Part shown: piece by piece, positions 25,092-39,299 of the stretch | How positions within the stretch are numbered: position 1 is the first letter of the stretch | Layout: the number at the start of each line of letters is the position of its first letter | Assembly: GCA_013265495.1 (NCBI GenBank) | Contig: MU058451.1 | Span: 886,584 to 950,583 of the forward strand | Length of the DNA stretch: 64,000 bases | DNA from: Vicugna vicugna | Lineage: Eukaryota | Direction of reading: 5' to 3' | Made by a program: the position numbers and the translations under genes | Notes under the pieces: model-generated | Told to the model about the DNA's origin: nothing | Seen by the model: the letters and a program-made list of their open reading frames with translations, nothing else | The model's database searches: none

Positions 25092-26899
25092 AGGAAAAAA
25101 GCATGGGAGACGACTTCACAACCTAAATAAAAATAATCAAACATATTTTATTTATTTTTATCATTTTAAAAACTTTTTTACTCTTCTTTTTCCTGCTGTT
25201 TCACTATTATTACACACTCATTTAAATTACTGGATTTCTGAGTTGATTAGACAATAATGTGATTTGAACAGACCTGGTTTTTAAATCCCAAACTGCGGGT
25301 AAACTATTTAGAATAGAAGGTGTGATTGTGGGCTGAAGCCCCACTGGACAGTTTCACGGTTATGAACACGCGGACACAGAAGCACCCCACGTCTTACTGC
25401 TGTGTCCCCAGCCCCGAGCATCTTTATGGGAAGAGCAGACACTCTATAAACACTTGTTGAACAGACGAAAGCATACTAATGTGGAGACAAGGTCTCCAGT
25501 CCAGAAACAAGTAACACGCACTTGGCATGCGTGAATATTTTAGTCATGAGCCTTCTTTTTGCAGTCAGCCTCCAGACACCCCAGTGGGCTTTATGACACT
25601 TGTTTCCATGAAAAGTTTTAGTTAAAAAATATTCGAAGAAATTTGCAGGCCTGCATCCTGTATTGTAAAATGTTATTCTGACTAAAGCTCTGGCCATCTT
25701 TACTCTGTAGTTCATTTTATAAAATCTAGCCTATCCCCTGAGTGCTTAACATGCAACTTGTAACAGAGATAACACAGGTAAAGCACCACCGTAATAAAAG
25801 GTGTATTTTTATTTTGTCGGTACCTTCTGAACAAATTATTTTCTCTCCATGGATTTGCGAGGAAGGGAGCAGGAAATAGAAGTGGAAAGAAACTCAAACC
25901 AGCTGTTGCTTTAACAGAATTAAAATTGTGACCCCCCAACCTCTTCTCTAAAGCATCTATTTTCCAGCCAACCCTCTCCCAGCAAGCAGCAAGTTCCAAG
26001 GAGGAAAAGACTTTGACCTTGTAACCCTCCCCTGCTCTCCTGACGTCCATAACCCCAGATAAGTAAAAAGGAAGAGAAGTCCAGGAGGCCTCACAGGCGT
26101 TTAAAATACAGGTCATTCCTGGAAAACATGTTTGGGAATTTCTCAGTTATTAATTTAATCGTAATTCGGAAGATGAATGATAGTTGTGTCTTTTCAACAA
26201 CGTACTTCTGGGTTTAAAAAATTACTAAATCCTAAGTTTCTATTCTAAGCCATTTACCTAGCCAGAAATACAAAAATGATGCTGTCGGTAAAAGGCTCTT
26301 TCGGGGTGCAGGGCTAGTGGACAATGCAAACAAATGCAAAAAAGCGTACCCCCTTCAAAGAAACAAAGCCACAGCACCACAGTGGAGGAGTTTCCTCTCT
26401 TGGGAGAAAGAACAGAGGGGACGAGGAAGCTGAGGAATTAGAAAAGATACATTAACAAGAATTTAATTCAAGGAATCAGAGCTGACCTAAAGTTGCGTGG
26501 TTAACTCTTGGGATGGGAAGAATTCTTTGGAAAAGCAAGGTGTTAAGAGGCTTTTCTTAAGCTGATGCAGTTGATAATCTCCATCACTAACAGAGAAGCC
26601 TTATCTTCTCAGGGCTGGGGATGACTCCAGGCTTCCTATTGTCCGGCCACATCCGGTATTTGTTTTCTCCTGCCAGCTTTAGCTAAGGCTTTTTGCTCCC
26701 AGGCTGAGGTCCTCATTTGAAGTATTGTTCAGTATCTCGGTTTGCTCTAATTAAGGATCAACAGCTTCTAGCTTTTACCTGCAGATACCAAACTCACTTC
26801 ACAGTGATCTGATTAAAGCGAAGTTTGGTGTGGTGGCCACAAGGAAATCCTCCCTCCCTCCTCTTCAGCAGAATTTTTTAGAACGATTTATTTAAAGCT

Positions 26900-26939
26900 T
26901 TTTAAAAAATTATTTTTTTGTGGAGGGAGGTAATTAGGG

Positions 26940-26993
<54 letters not shown>

Positions 26994-27075
26994 TTTTTTA
27001 ATGGAGGTACTGGGGATTGAACCCAGGACCTCATGCACGCTAAGCACACACTACCACTGAGCTATACCCTCCTCC
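26900..27075 (-). mobile_element. tRNA-derived SINE (camelid Vic-1-like) with (TG)n expansion at ~26946-26991
   Basis: Minus strand reads GGAGGGTATAGCTCAGTGGTAG...GAGGTCCTGGGTTCAATCCCCAGTACCTCCATT...CCTAATTACCTCCC. Confidence 0.88.
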
Positions 27076-28239
27076 ACATAGAAACATTTTAATCAAAATA
27101 GATTCAAAAATCAAGAGCATTTTAAAGGGCCTGAGTAGTGCTTTTAGGAATTAAAAAAAAATCATTAAAATGTCTATGGAAAATGTGCTTTTGGAGTTGG
27201 TGTTCCTCTCACCTCATAATAGACAAGTATTCTGTTGCACAGACTTTGACAAAATACATCCTAAAGCTTCATCACCGCTAAGTCTTTGTATGAGTTTACA
27301 AATAATGGCAAAAATGTCTTGGGAAATAAGTTGTGTATTTTTTTAAAAAATTAATGAAAAACTAGGATATCACGATTTTGATGATGACCTATTAAAAACT
27401 TTAATTCCTCAAAGAATGGAGAATATTAAGATACCAAAATACCATTTCCTGTCCCAGCAGAGCCGTGTGATGTGTGCACCTGTACTAAATGCATCTGCAC
27501 CCATGTTAGAAATGGTGGGTCTCTGCATTCTGACATCCTGAAACTGTCCCCACCATGGGGCTGAGACCCCCATCCCCCACCTTCTCCTACTTTTCAGAAG
27601 CCATCTAGCTTTCTGTTTGTCTTCCTAAGAGCCTCATTTTAGGTTCTCATTTTTGCTTTCTATAGTTGGTTGTTTTTAGTTTCTGCATTCGTTACAAACC
27701 CAGACAATTAGAGACCTTGGGGGAGGGGGAGCACAAGGGGCCCCGGACCCATTGGAACAGCAGCAGCAGCAAAAGAGCAAAGCCCCAATGGAAGAATCGA
27801 GAGACTCAGAGGACAAAAATGGAAGCTTTCTACAGTCTCAAGTGCCAAATATATTCCTAAAAACCCGAGTCTGGTGCTTCATGCACAGAGTGTGGAACAT
27901 ACAGGAGTCCACGAGAAAATAAGTTTTTATTCCAGAAAGACTGAATGTGCTGAAAAAGTACTTTTGAAATAAACTTCCAAAAAGTATGTGGTAGCGTTTT
28001 AAAGAGTTCAAGTCATCACCAAATCCAAGTCTCGGCAGAGCACCCACACAGGGGCCACCACCGCCAGTTCAGCCAGTTCAGCATATTTTATGCAGTAATC
28101 TGTCCTGTTGAAGCTTGAAATGCCCAAAGGACCCGTAACCTGTTTGGGTGTCAGACTCGGGGCAGAAAGTACTCCTGGTAGATTCTGCACTCAACACCCA
28201 TCCAAGCTGGCTGACAGGTGCCTTTGCTTAGAAAGGTGG

Positions 28240-28700
28240 TCATTTACTCATTCATGTGTCTGATTACTCATTAAGGGGCAGCTATGTTCTGGGTACTGTT
28301 CTAGATGCTAAGGACACACCATGAACACAAAAATCCTTACCATCTTGGAATTCACATTCTAGTTGGGAGAGATACCCAAGCAAAAGAATATGCAAAATGT
28401 ACTATCTGTTAGACAGGGGTAAGTGCTAAGGAGAAAAAGACAGCAGGTGAGGGGAATATGCAGGCTGTGAAGGTGTCTGGGAGAGAGCTTTGCAGGCCAA
28501 GGGAAGAGCAAGTTCAAAGGCCCTGAGGCAGGAGGGGAGGAGTCATGTGGGCCAGCAGGTGACAGCAGGAGCTGGCTTTGCCTTGAAAGCAGCATCAAGT
28601 GATCGGTCCCTGCCCTCAAGGCACTTACAGCTTAGCAGGAAAGACAGAAGCTAATTAACTAACCACATATGTGATAAATTAATTGCAGTTGTGGGAAATG
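28240..28700. mobile_element. L2 fragments
   Basis: cattcat...ctatgttctgggtactgttctagatgctaagg; caagttcaaaggccctgaggcagga; gtccctgccctcaagg. Confidence 0.6.
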
Positions 28701-30099
28701 CCGCAGTCCCTTCCTGGAACCCAAAGGAATATCCTCTTGCTAAGTAGTGGAAATCTGTTTAGTCCAAGAGGGTTGCAGAGGTCCGAAAAGCGGAAATGAT
28801 ATTTTGCTAGATCAGGAGGGACAGCCCGGCCCACCGTTCATGTTGCTGCCTTTGTGATGAAAGGACTCCAACAGAGATACGCAGTGGACGACAAGAGATG
28901 GTGCACATTCACCGAAGCTGTGGTAACAGAAGCAAAGCATAGCTCTTTGATCCTAGACTCTCAATGCTGGTCCTCTACTTCTGAATGGCTGTGGGTGGGA
29001 ACAGGGGAAGGAAGGCAAGCCAACCTTCTCTCTAGGAAATACCCCAGCCTTAGAGATGCAAAGGGACTCTGTGGGGTTATGAACAGATCCCAGAGGTGAG
29101 AGGGAAGGTTCCTAAATATAGTTTCTTTTACCCCGAAAATAAGAGATGTGAGAATTGGTGTGGGTGCTGGAAAGGGATCAAGAGGTGGGCAAAGAGTTAT
29201 TTTTTGTTCGTGGCTCTCAAAAGGGGTGTCAGAACCAACATTTTTGTATAAAGGCTCTGTGTCAAGCCAATGCTAGAAGTATGTCATTAATACCTTCTTT
29301 AACCAGATTTCACATATATTCACATCTCACAAAGAGATGCTAAGGAAGAGTGCTAGGCAAAGTTGTGGATGTCCTTTACTAAGAAAATGCCACGATTAAC
29401 CCCATGAACTATTGCCAAAGGGTTGGGCCACTGTTTCCCTCCCAAGATGAGTTTCTCCCTTTTCAGAAGTTCTAAAGCACCAGGGCTGCACCCCTCGCTG
29501 GCACTCAATGACTAAAGAGCCTATACTGACGCTCCATATGCCTTGAAGAGCATCTTCCTCCTCCTCTCAAAGTCACGGCGAAAGACTTCAATAAGGGTCA
29601 TTTCTTACAAGTCTGAGGAGTTCCTGCAGAGGCAGGCCCTGGGGTCTCTTACACAGACTCCCATCTCTTGTTGGGTTGAATTACTGTTACTTATGTTGAA
29701 GACAAAATAGCATTTCACATTATAACCCATTTTATAGATACAAGTATGAAGACTCAGAAAAGTTAAATAACCGAAGTGCCGAGATACCATACAGGTCTCT
29801 GACTGCCGTTCACTGTTTCTTCCCAGCACCCCTCAATGCCACACAACGTGGACAACTGCCCACTCCACGTGGGGGCCAGGACCCAGGCCCTTTGTGGCTT
29901 GTCACTTGTTCTGAGTTTAGCAGACCCCAGCCTGCATCCTCCCCTTCGTCTGCCCCACTCCCACCTGCGTCCAGTGTTTGTCACCATGGTCCATTTCTCC
30001 CCTCCCATCCTCCAGTACAAGCCCCAGCCCTTCCTCTCTCCACCAGGGCTTCAAATGATTGGCACTGCGGAGGGAAGCTCCAGGAGAGCCACGGTGGCA

Positions 30100-31100
30100 A
30101 TCAGGCGTTTCCTGGGGTGGAGGGGTACAGAGCATGGCTGTAGGCAGTGCGAGCGGAGGTGCGGAGCGACTCTGACACGGCGTGTCCTAATAGGAGGCCC
30201 AGGCGCAAGGGTCTGGCCAGAGTCACGGTAGCTGAACGAGGGCAGCTGGGGAGGATCAGAGCGGCATGAAGCGGGCCCGCCAGGGCCAGCCTGCAAACTC
30301 TGTTCCACCGACAGGCTTCTGTGATCGCCCTTCAATAAGCACCACAGACCAAGCGACCAGAGCTTACCCCGTTATGTTCCATGGCCTGTACTTCACCGAC
30401 AGAGCTGGGAAACAAATAAAATTAGCAAGCTGCAGCCACCACTGGCCCTCAGCGCGCAGACATCTCAGCACCCGTGGGGCTGGGTTATAAAACGCTCCCA
30501 TGCACGGCTGCGGAAACCTGCCGACGCACAAAGCAGCCGAACGCCGGGCCTGGCGGTGCGAGCGCGAAGGCAGCCACCCCAGCTACACTCTCAAGGCCGA
30601 GCGGCCAAGGCACCGTCTCTCCCAGAGCTCCGGTTGCACTGTTATTCCGCCTTTTTGGTCCCCTCTGTCATTATTCTTGGCACGGCGACTCACACTGACC
30701 CTTTTCTGATCCATCATCCGCTCTGGCCTTTCAGGGCCGGGCCCCAGACATGCTCTTTTGGACCCAGCCCCGGGAATAACTCTGATTTTGTACGGGGGCT
30801 CATATGCAAAACATTAAGTTATGGCAGAAGTTTTCTGCAAATATTTATCCTGCTTTGATACTGTAGTGGTTGTACACCCCCACCCCGCCCCCCAAGCCTT
30901 TCACTTGGGCCATAATTATGTCAAAATACACCATATCATTCAGGTTTGCGGCGGGAAAATTAATAAAAAGAATTAAGGCAGTCACAACGGGTCGTCTTGT
31001 CTGTGACAGGCCCAGTGACGTCACAGCCAGCACGTCAGGGCACGAGGCCTCTGAACCTGACACTAGACCCATAAACTCCAAGTAAACCTGGAGTCTCCGA
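30100..31100. promoter_or_regulatory. Intronic CpG-rich segment, candidate enhancer
   Basis: Visibly dense CpGs relative to flanks, non-repetitive, with homeodomain-type motifs. Confidence 0.4.
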
Positions 31101-32024
31101 ATAAACAGAGACTCTTAGAAGACTGCGAGGCAGCCTGCGTGTTATGAAAGGGAACAATATAAAAATGTTACAGACCCATCTTTGGAGAAGTTGAGTTACA
31201 TAAAGCCCCAGTTCTGCTGACTGGAGCTCTATTTGCTCCATTTCTCAAATTAACCATGAGAAAACTAACACCATACTGCCAACTAATTGTTTCAAGCCTT
31301 TCCTTTACAAAGTAAAGATGGAAGGAGAAATAGTCACCAGAGAAAGAATTATTTTCATTGTCTCCACATTCACGTGACTGCTGAGACCTACTGGAGTTGG
31401 CCAGCCCGAGGACAGGATCGGGGTGGGGGGGCTCTCAGTCCCCTCCTGTCTGTCACCAAGCAATTACACTTACTGCTCTGACCTCCCCTCCAAACATACA
31501 GACACTGGCTTGTTAGCTCTACAAGTTACTAGAAAGAAGTTTTCCTTTTAGCCCTAAATATGAAAATGTTTAATTAGACAGGAGTATTTCCAGTACGTTA
31601 GAGACAATCCACACAAAGCTTTGTTTTGATAGCAGCACTTTAAAAAGAAAAAGGAAAAAAAAAGAGAGAGAGAGAAGCATCCCGCTGCGGATCTGCCCAC
31701 ACTACCCTCTTTCTCAGAGAAAATCTACATTGTACAGAAGGCATCACAGGGTGTCCAGTGTTTGAGTGACAGAGGTTTTAAGGCAGTGATTTCCATGGCA
31801 GCTTTTGGAAATAACTCCTGACTGCCTAGATATTTGTATAACTTCACTGGAAAAACAAGGGGAAATGGGTCATCCCCAGAGAATCTCTGTGATTCAGAAG
31901 TTCTAGTAGGGGAAGGAGTGGTCAAACAAGCTAACTGGTGGGAAAGAGGTGCAGAATCCTGCTTCTAATTCGCTGACAATTAGATTCAGTGCGTCGATCT
32001 CTGTGGTTAAGAATTTCTGTGCGC

Positions 32025-32179
32025 ACTGTGTAGCACAGAGAACTATATTCAGTATCTTGTAATTACCTATAACGGAAAAGAATCTGAAAAAAACGTATAT
32101 AATATAAATAACTGAATCACTGCTGTACACCTGAAACTAATACAACATTGTAAATCAACTATATTTCAATGAAAAAAAA
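32025..32179 (+). mobile_element. Short L1 3' end (cetartiodactyl type)
   Basis: tagcacagagaactatattcagtatcttgtaat...gctgtacacctgaaactaatacaacattgtaaatcaactat plus A tail. Confidence 0.85.
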
Positions 32180-35100
32180 GTCTGTCCATGAGGTAGTAAA
32201 TTCGCAGAAACCACGGTTTTACTTGCCTGTTTCGCTCTGTAAAAAGGAGGCTGTCTAGTCAACGTGCTGTGTGTTTATACTTAGTGATGGGGAATAATAC
32301 GCTTGCAGGGTACTTTCTAAAGGTGTGTCAAAACCCTCACTGCACTTTCAGATGGATGCAGGGAAGACCCACAGCCCTGCTGTGCCCCTGTGACCGTCTT
32401 GTTGGACTGGCGACAAGCCTATGGCGTGGGCCACCCGGAAGGAGGGGTGTGTGGGTCGCAGCCCCAAGACTCTAGCGCTTGGAGGAAGCAGGTCCCGTCA
32501 TGCCTGTCCGGGGCGCACCTGGTCACCCTTGCTTTCCCACCGCCAATGCTTCCTTGCAAAAGAAAGGGTGCAGATTACCCATGGCTAAGGCACAGGAGAT
32601 TGAGAACAAAGGGAGTTTTTGAAATCTGCCTCATTCTGTTTGACAGTTTGAGAAACACAAGTTAAGGAATTAAAATATACTTGGGCAAATTTATCTTTAA
32701 ATTCCCACTTTGAAACTATCTACTCAGCATAGCATTGGTGCCAATGTGTGTTATAAGTCAATATTTAAATATCCCTATCTATTTAAATAGGAATCAGATG
32801 ACACGACTATAAACTACTAGGAAAAATAAAATTAAAACAGACTCTCAAATCTCAGAAACTGATGAGAGAATTTTAACATCTATTTTTGAGATTTGGTAAT
32901 AAGATGCAACGTGTGGAGACATATGCTGTTTCTAATTATTGTTTCTTACTTAGAAAAAAAGTATTTTAATATATTTAAAGTTATAATAACCTGTAGGAAT
33001 TATCTAAACGCAAGAGATATTTTACTAGAATCATGTTTACGTTAGCTAGAAAACCTAGGTACCTGTATTCAAAACCCAAGTTTGAATTACAGCAGTTTCA
33101 ACAAAGGTAAGATATTAATTAGCTCTTTCAATCTGATTCTGTGTAGATGAATATTCATAAAATATTTAGAGAATAAAATCTTTATTGAAGGTACCTTAAG
33201 ATGGCATAATAAGGCAAAAGATAAGTTATAGTGCTTAAGCTATGTTTTTGTACATGTTCAAAATTGTAGTAATATTTAAGATCACTAAATAAAAAATTTA
33301 TAGGACTCTCAAGCTTCTTATAATAATTAAAGATGAAAACAAGATTTAAAATTCTTAATATTTTCTTATAATATTTATTCCTTTTAAAATGTACTCATTA
33401 AAAGTAAGATGTCATGAGAATACCACTGTACCATGTCGCTCAAAGAATCTGAAAGAAATTACACTAAGATAGTTCCTTCTTAGTGAGTGGTACAGTGTTA
33501 ATAAAAAAATACTAGTTTCTCTCTGCTTGGAGTTCCTTTATTTCTAACCATAAATACCTTCATTTACATGGTTATATGAATACATCTGTCTTTATTTACA
33601 CTCTCAACTTAAGGGTGAGAAAAAGAAACGCTTATTAATGAAAGCCAGAAAGAATTGAAAATAAGTTTTTAAAATAGAATGGGCTGATTTGAAATTGTTC
33701 AAAACTATGTCTGTAAAAGTAACAGATTTATTTAATTGATAACTATGGCAGATGTTATATCTGATCGAATATCAACACAATTTACTTTTAAAAAAATGCA
33801 ATGAATTAAAAAAAAATACAATGAATAAGAAGTACCCAGTGAATGAAAAGGTATGCAGTGAATACCTAATATCTAATGCTACCAGATTTGTCTTTTATTA
33901 AGTTATATTTTGTGCAATAGCACAATATATTTCAGGGCATTCTATACCCCTGCCACATGGTATTATACACAAAAAGCTTCAGCCCAAGTACATAACTTCA
34001 CTTGTAATTCAGCTAATGTAAGAAGATATGGCATTTTACAAATTTGCACAGATATCAGTGAAAATGTTGCATAACTTTAAATACAAAATAGGGCAGTGCA
34101 TTAGTGTTTGATAATGTGTCAAATTATATTATACAGTTATTCATTAAAATGTCAGACGTATTTTAATTGTGTCACCGAATTTAAAATAAAATAGTAAGAC
34201 AAAAGATTAAAGGCTGACAATGTACAAAATAATAATTCAGAATCTTAAAAAAAAGGAAACTCAGCACATATCTAAACAAATGTTATTCTTTTGAATGTCA
34301 AGTCAGAACTACTCTTAAGAATAAGCCTTTGATTTACTACTGAACTGATTTCTCAGTTTTCCAAGGGTTTGCCCATTATTTTGCAAACGTAATTTGTCAC
34401 TGGCCACAGTGTTCTTTGTAACTCCTGTTCCCTTTCTTTTAGATCTGTTATTCCTGCTGAGAGTATCTACCAGAGAAGAATTTTTCATAGTGACACCAAC
34501 TCTAGCCTTGCTGTGAATAATCACATTCTCGTAAAAATCATTCTTTTTATTGCCAACCTGCTGCCCCAAAGCACAGAAACATACCCAAACCAGGAAACCT
34601 TTTATCCTTTTCTGCCATCATTTTCTTTTAACCCTCATTGCCATTTGAAGAAAACGAATCACATACTAATTTATAAACAGAGCGTTTAGCTAGACATTTA
34701 AATTTACACAGAACATTTCCATTTTGATCCCATACAAACCAAGGAATTAAATCTGTAATATTAAATAGGTCATATTTTAAGAGACCTTTTTTCTGAAACA
34801 ATTTTACACTCTAAAATTCAATATTTGCAACAAAAGTTCCAGTCTATTACCATATCTTATTGATTCATCTTTTTTGAACTGCCAACCATACATCAATACA
34901 ATTTTTAAAGAAATATTTCAACATAATTGGTTTTTGTAAGTGGCTCTTTTTTTTGTAAGGGTAGGGAGTGAAATTTGAAAGTTTAAAAGAGATCAATTAA
35001 TTAATTTTAGTTAACTTATACAGCCAGATGACTTGACAGTGGTCATAAATACTCAATTTTGTATAAAAGAATGTGTAGCTCAGAATAACATGTTTAGTTA

Positions 35101-38100
35101 ACAAGTTAATAAAAATTCCCCAAGCCGATTTCCTCTGCCGTATAATTATTGCTGACTCCAGAGAGAAAAGTATGCAGAACCGGACACGGGCACTTTAAAA
35201 AAAAATAGGTTCCCTGTGAGCTTCAGGAAGGTTCCATCATCACCTTCCCTCACTGTCAGCCCCTTGTGGGGGAGTGAGGACCTCTGAGGGGGCACTTTCT
35301 TACTTAAAAAGCTCTCTCTTCTCTTCCAAGTATCGGTGGGTCTGAAATTCCACCCCCGAAGTCATCCCTTTTAAATCTTCTTTTATAAGACAAAGAATTC
35401 AGGTAAGGGTACATTACTTAAGCTCCACTACTTTGGTGTGAACTGTCCTATCTGATAAATTTCCCCCCGAAGGGCAGCTCTGGTGCGCCCCAAACCTCTG
35501 GGGGTCAATAGGGAAGCGGGGGCGAGTGGGTGCCTGAGAGGAAGACTAAGGAAATATTCTGTTCATACTCATTCTCACTCCTTAGAAAACCACCGCCACC
35601 CCTTTCCCCGTGAATTAACCATTTCAAGCAACCAATAATATGTTTTGGTAGTTCATATATTATTCAGGAAAATACTAGAAGATACACCACTAATAAGCAT
35701 TAACATTATCTGTGTTGTGTATCAGCTGTGGAAATACCTTTAGAAAACACACAGGGTGCGCATCCTGTATCCTTTCCTTTGTTATGTCACGTATTCAACT
35801 AAGGATGCCTGACCACCTATTTACAGACCAGGCGCTGAGCATACAAACATAAATGAGAAGCAGATATTGCCAGGAAGGCTTCGTGAACACAGGGAGGGGC
35901 TGCAGAGAGAGGGGACAAGTGAATGTCACGGTGATTTTCTCTCAGGGAAAGAACTAGAATTCTTGCAAAGCTATGGGAACAGAACGTGGGATTCCTCGTG
36001 CTTCTAGGGTTTCTCCTTGCAACCCAGCCGGTGCGTTAATCACTGTCAAATACAGTTTTCTCAAAGTAGGTTTTGCTCTCCCAGGAAATACAATTTCCAC
36101 TGGGAAGGATTCTCTTCTTGGGAGCAGGTAATACATTTCACTTCTATTTCTGTCTATCTGTTTCTGCCTTTTAACCAGGAGGTGATCAATAGATGCTTTG
36201 GAAAAATTAAATTGGAAACATTGAGTACATTCCAATGCGAACGGGCTTCTGGAATGAGCCTTCACTTTGCCCATCCAGTGGGAATCCCTCACTGCCCATC
36301 ACAAGGATCACGTGCTCCTGGCTGGCTGGTCTCCATCAGCCTGGCCTTCACTCCACTCCCCTCTTTCACAAGACAACGCTGTGTCTATTGCTGGCTGGAA
36401 GACCTTCACTCTCTTCCCTCTCCTGTCAAGGCAACATTTCTCTTTCAAGCTTTTATTGGGTTCTTTTTTTCCAACCCTGATGTCTGCTCTGGAACTCACT
36501 GTCTGAATAACAGAAGCAACACTGACTAAGAGCCTGCTCCGTGTCAGGCACTTGTATTACATGCTATTTCCAATCCTCCCTTAAACTCTACATTTGATGG
36601 ACAGGGAAATGAAGACTTACACAGATGACTTCAGTGCATCCCACCACGTAACACATTCTTTGAAGGAAGAGAGAACTTTTCTCTCTATTCATCTTCTAAA
36701 TAGGACCCTAGATCAGCCTCTTCCTTTTCTATGTGGACCCAGCACATGGAGGATACTGAATGGAAAGTTCCAGATTGTGTGACTGACAGAATTGCATGTG
36801 AAAAGATGGATGACCCAAGCAGAAACTAACTGCTAACATGATTGCATTTTGTTGACACAGGGTTAAAAAGTGAGTAGTTTTATGAAAATAAATCTATTAT
36901 TTTGTCTGAGTATAAAATGATACATACTCATGTAGAGAATTCATGCAAAACAAAAATACATAAAAGAAATAACCTTCAATTCCACCCCTCAGAAGTAACC
37001 ACTGTTAAAATTCTTCTGTCATCCTTCCTAGTCCTATTCACTCACCTAATTAACCAAAGTTCCTCCTGGTTTTTATAGAGTTTAAATTTTAGTAGGGGAT
37101 GCAAACCAAAAAAGCAGGACAAACTAGATCCATGTTTTGTAGCAATAATATGTAATAAAGATCTTTTTATATCAATGAGTCATCTATATTACCTTTTAAA
37201 TCGCTGTATACTATTCCACATTATGCATGTCTCATATTTCTTTTAACCAAGCAATGACTGATGGTCTCCAATATTTTCTTGGACTATTAAGTAGGGCAAC
37301 AACTGTCAACCTTCCTTACAAGTCTATTTTAAGCATCTAAAATAATTGACCTTTAATTTATTAGTTTTTTATTTATTAACATTTTAAGCATCTTTGTACA
37401 CAGCACAGTCACTGCTTAATAAATGTTTAAGTGAATGACTGTGGTGATGAACACGCTTGGATTCATGAGATTCATTTATCTCCTTAGGCTATGTTAATAC
37501 TTCCCTTCACTGACATTTTTAATCACCCAGATCTCGGAGCCTTGTTCACTATTTACCTTCTGCTTAGAACACTCTTCTCTAAGGCCCACCCCACACAGCT
37601 CTGTTGATTCCTGTTAATCCTTTGTGGCAGTTTCAATGTCCCCTCATCTTTCTGAGCACTCCTCCTTACTCTGAGCTTACATGATTTTAAGGTCCTTGAG
37701 AATAAGAATAGCTTCATCTTGTTTACTATCACTCTTAAAAAGTTTCACAAAATTCATGTTTCTTAACTCATATATAAAGTTTTAAATTTTCTCTTGGATT
37801 TTGGGAAGCCCTTATCAATTTCCTTAAGGCCTTCATCAGTTATGGGGTGACTTGGCTCACGACCATTTCAATAGGTACATGGTTGTAAGTACAGTGAATT
37901 ATTCGTTTTTGCCGTTTAGAATTTAAGTAATGTCCCTTATATGTTAAAGAAAGTAAAGATTATAATTACTATTTTAAAAAGAGAAAATATTATTTCACCT
38001 CACCTCTACACCTTCTTACTACACACATGCTAAAAACTACCTTTCAGCACTTAATTTTCTAAGCTACTTATTTTTGCTTAGTACAAACATCTTATCTGCA

Positions 38101-39057
38101 AGTCCAGTAGGACTACATGAACACGTGTTTAAAACAGTGCCCACCAACGAAAAGGGGTGCCATCTTGAGATTTAACTTATAACTTTTGGACAAAACATCA
38201 AAACCCAAAGATGATTCCTAGTCCATTATTTCCGAAGAGGCAAACAAAAATCACAAAATAATGTCGATCAAAAACCAGCGTCTTCTCTGCTGGCCTCGGC
38301 CCTCTACCTGCTTTACAAAGGCGTAGCACGCAATTAGCCGCAAGAAGAATCCAGGCTTTGGAAAGCGTTTCCTTAGAAATGCTGTTCGCATACTGGACTG
38401 GCTGAGCCCAGATAGAGGCTCCATTGTAACTGCCCGAAACGGGAGAAAACTCCAGGGACTGCCACTGAAACACATTTTGGGGAAGCTGAAGTTACAGGCT
38501 TTCTCTTGCACTAGTCAATTTGAGGAAAAAAAAAAAATTCTTTCTCGACTGAGCAAACTTCCTATGAAGGTAACCGAGGAAAATCTGGCTTTAGAAAGTA
38601 GTGACTCTCTCTCCTAGGTTGAAGATTAGTGAGCACCTGTCAAAATCAAGAATCTAAACAAAAAGGCTGTCATATGTGACTCCAACAGGTTAGCTTCTCA
38701 GGATTTTTAAATAAACTGACAGCTACCCAGCCGATTATGTGAAAACTGAAGCGACACTTCTATTCAGCAAGATGGGAAGGCATCCGGTATACTGAGGCCC
38801 ACCTTGTGCCGGGGACTGGGCGGGGGCCCCCGATAACCTTATCTCCTGACTGCACCACACCCCGGGGCCATCTCTGAAACCCGCCAGGGTTGGTATGTCA
38901 AGGTCACACATGAGTCGTAAGCGAGGCTCGAACTCAGGTCGCTGCATATCTCAGGCATTCACTCTTTCCTCAGACCATGTGGTCTCCCAGCTACTTCATC
39001 CACAGAACAAAGCCAATATTTTATAATAACCATACATGGGATATCACCTTTAAAAAC

Positions 39058-39125
39058 TGTGACTCACTCTGTTGCACACCTGAAACTTACATAATAATGT
39101 ACATCAATTAAGCCTCAATAAAAAA
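39058..39125 (+). mobile_element. Very short L1 3' terminus
   Basis: gactcactctgttgcacacctgaaactt...gtacatcaattaagcctcaataaaaaa. Confidence 0.65.
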
Positions 39126-39299
39126 CATCGTAAGAGACTAGGGTACAACCAGGAAGATACTTTCATGGGCATGTGAATTATCAGTGTGCTAGAATGACCA
39201 CTTTGCTTTTCATACGTTATTTCATTTTCTGAATCAGGGATCTTCAATGTACTTTGAGATTTGGTGTTTCCAAACAGAAATCTCACACAGGGACCCCTG

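Noticed and set aside
29836..30858. Cluster of overlapping ORFs on both strands
   Set aside because: Explained by high GC and few stop codons; no protein similarity or splice structure.
36017..36529. Longest ORF in the track (170 aa)
   Set aside because: Non-ATG start, no recognisable domain, intronic; consistent with chance.
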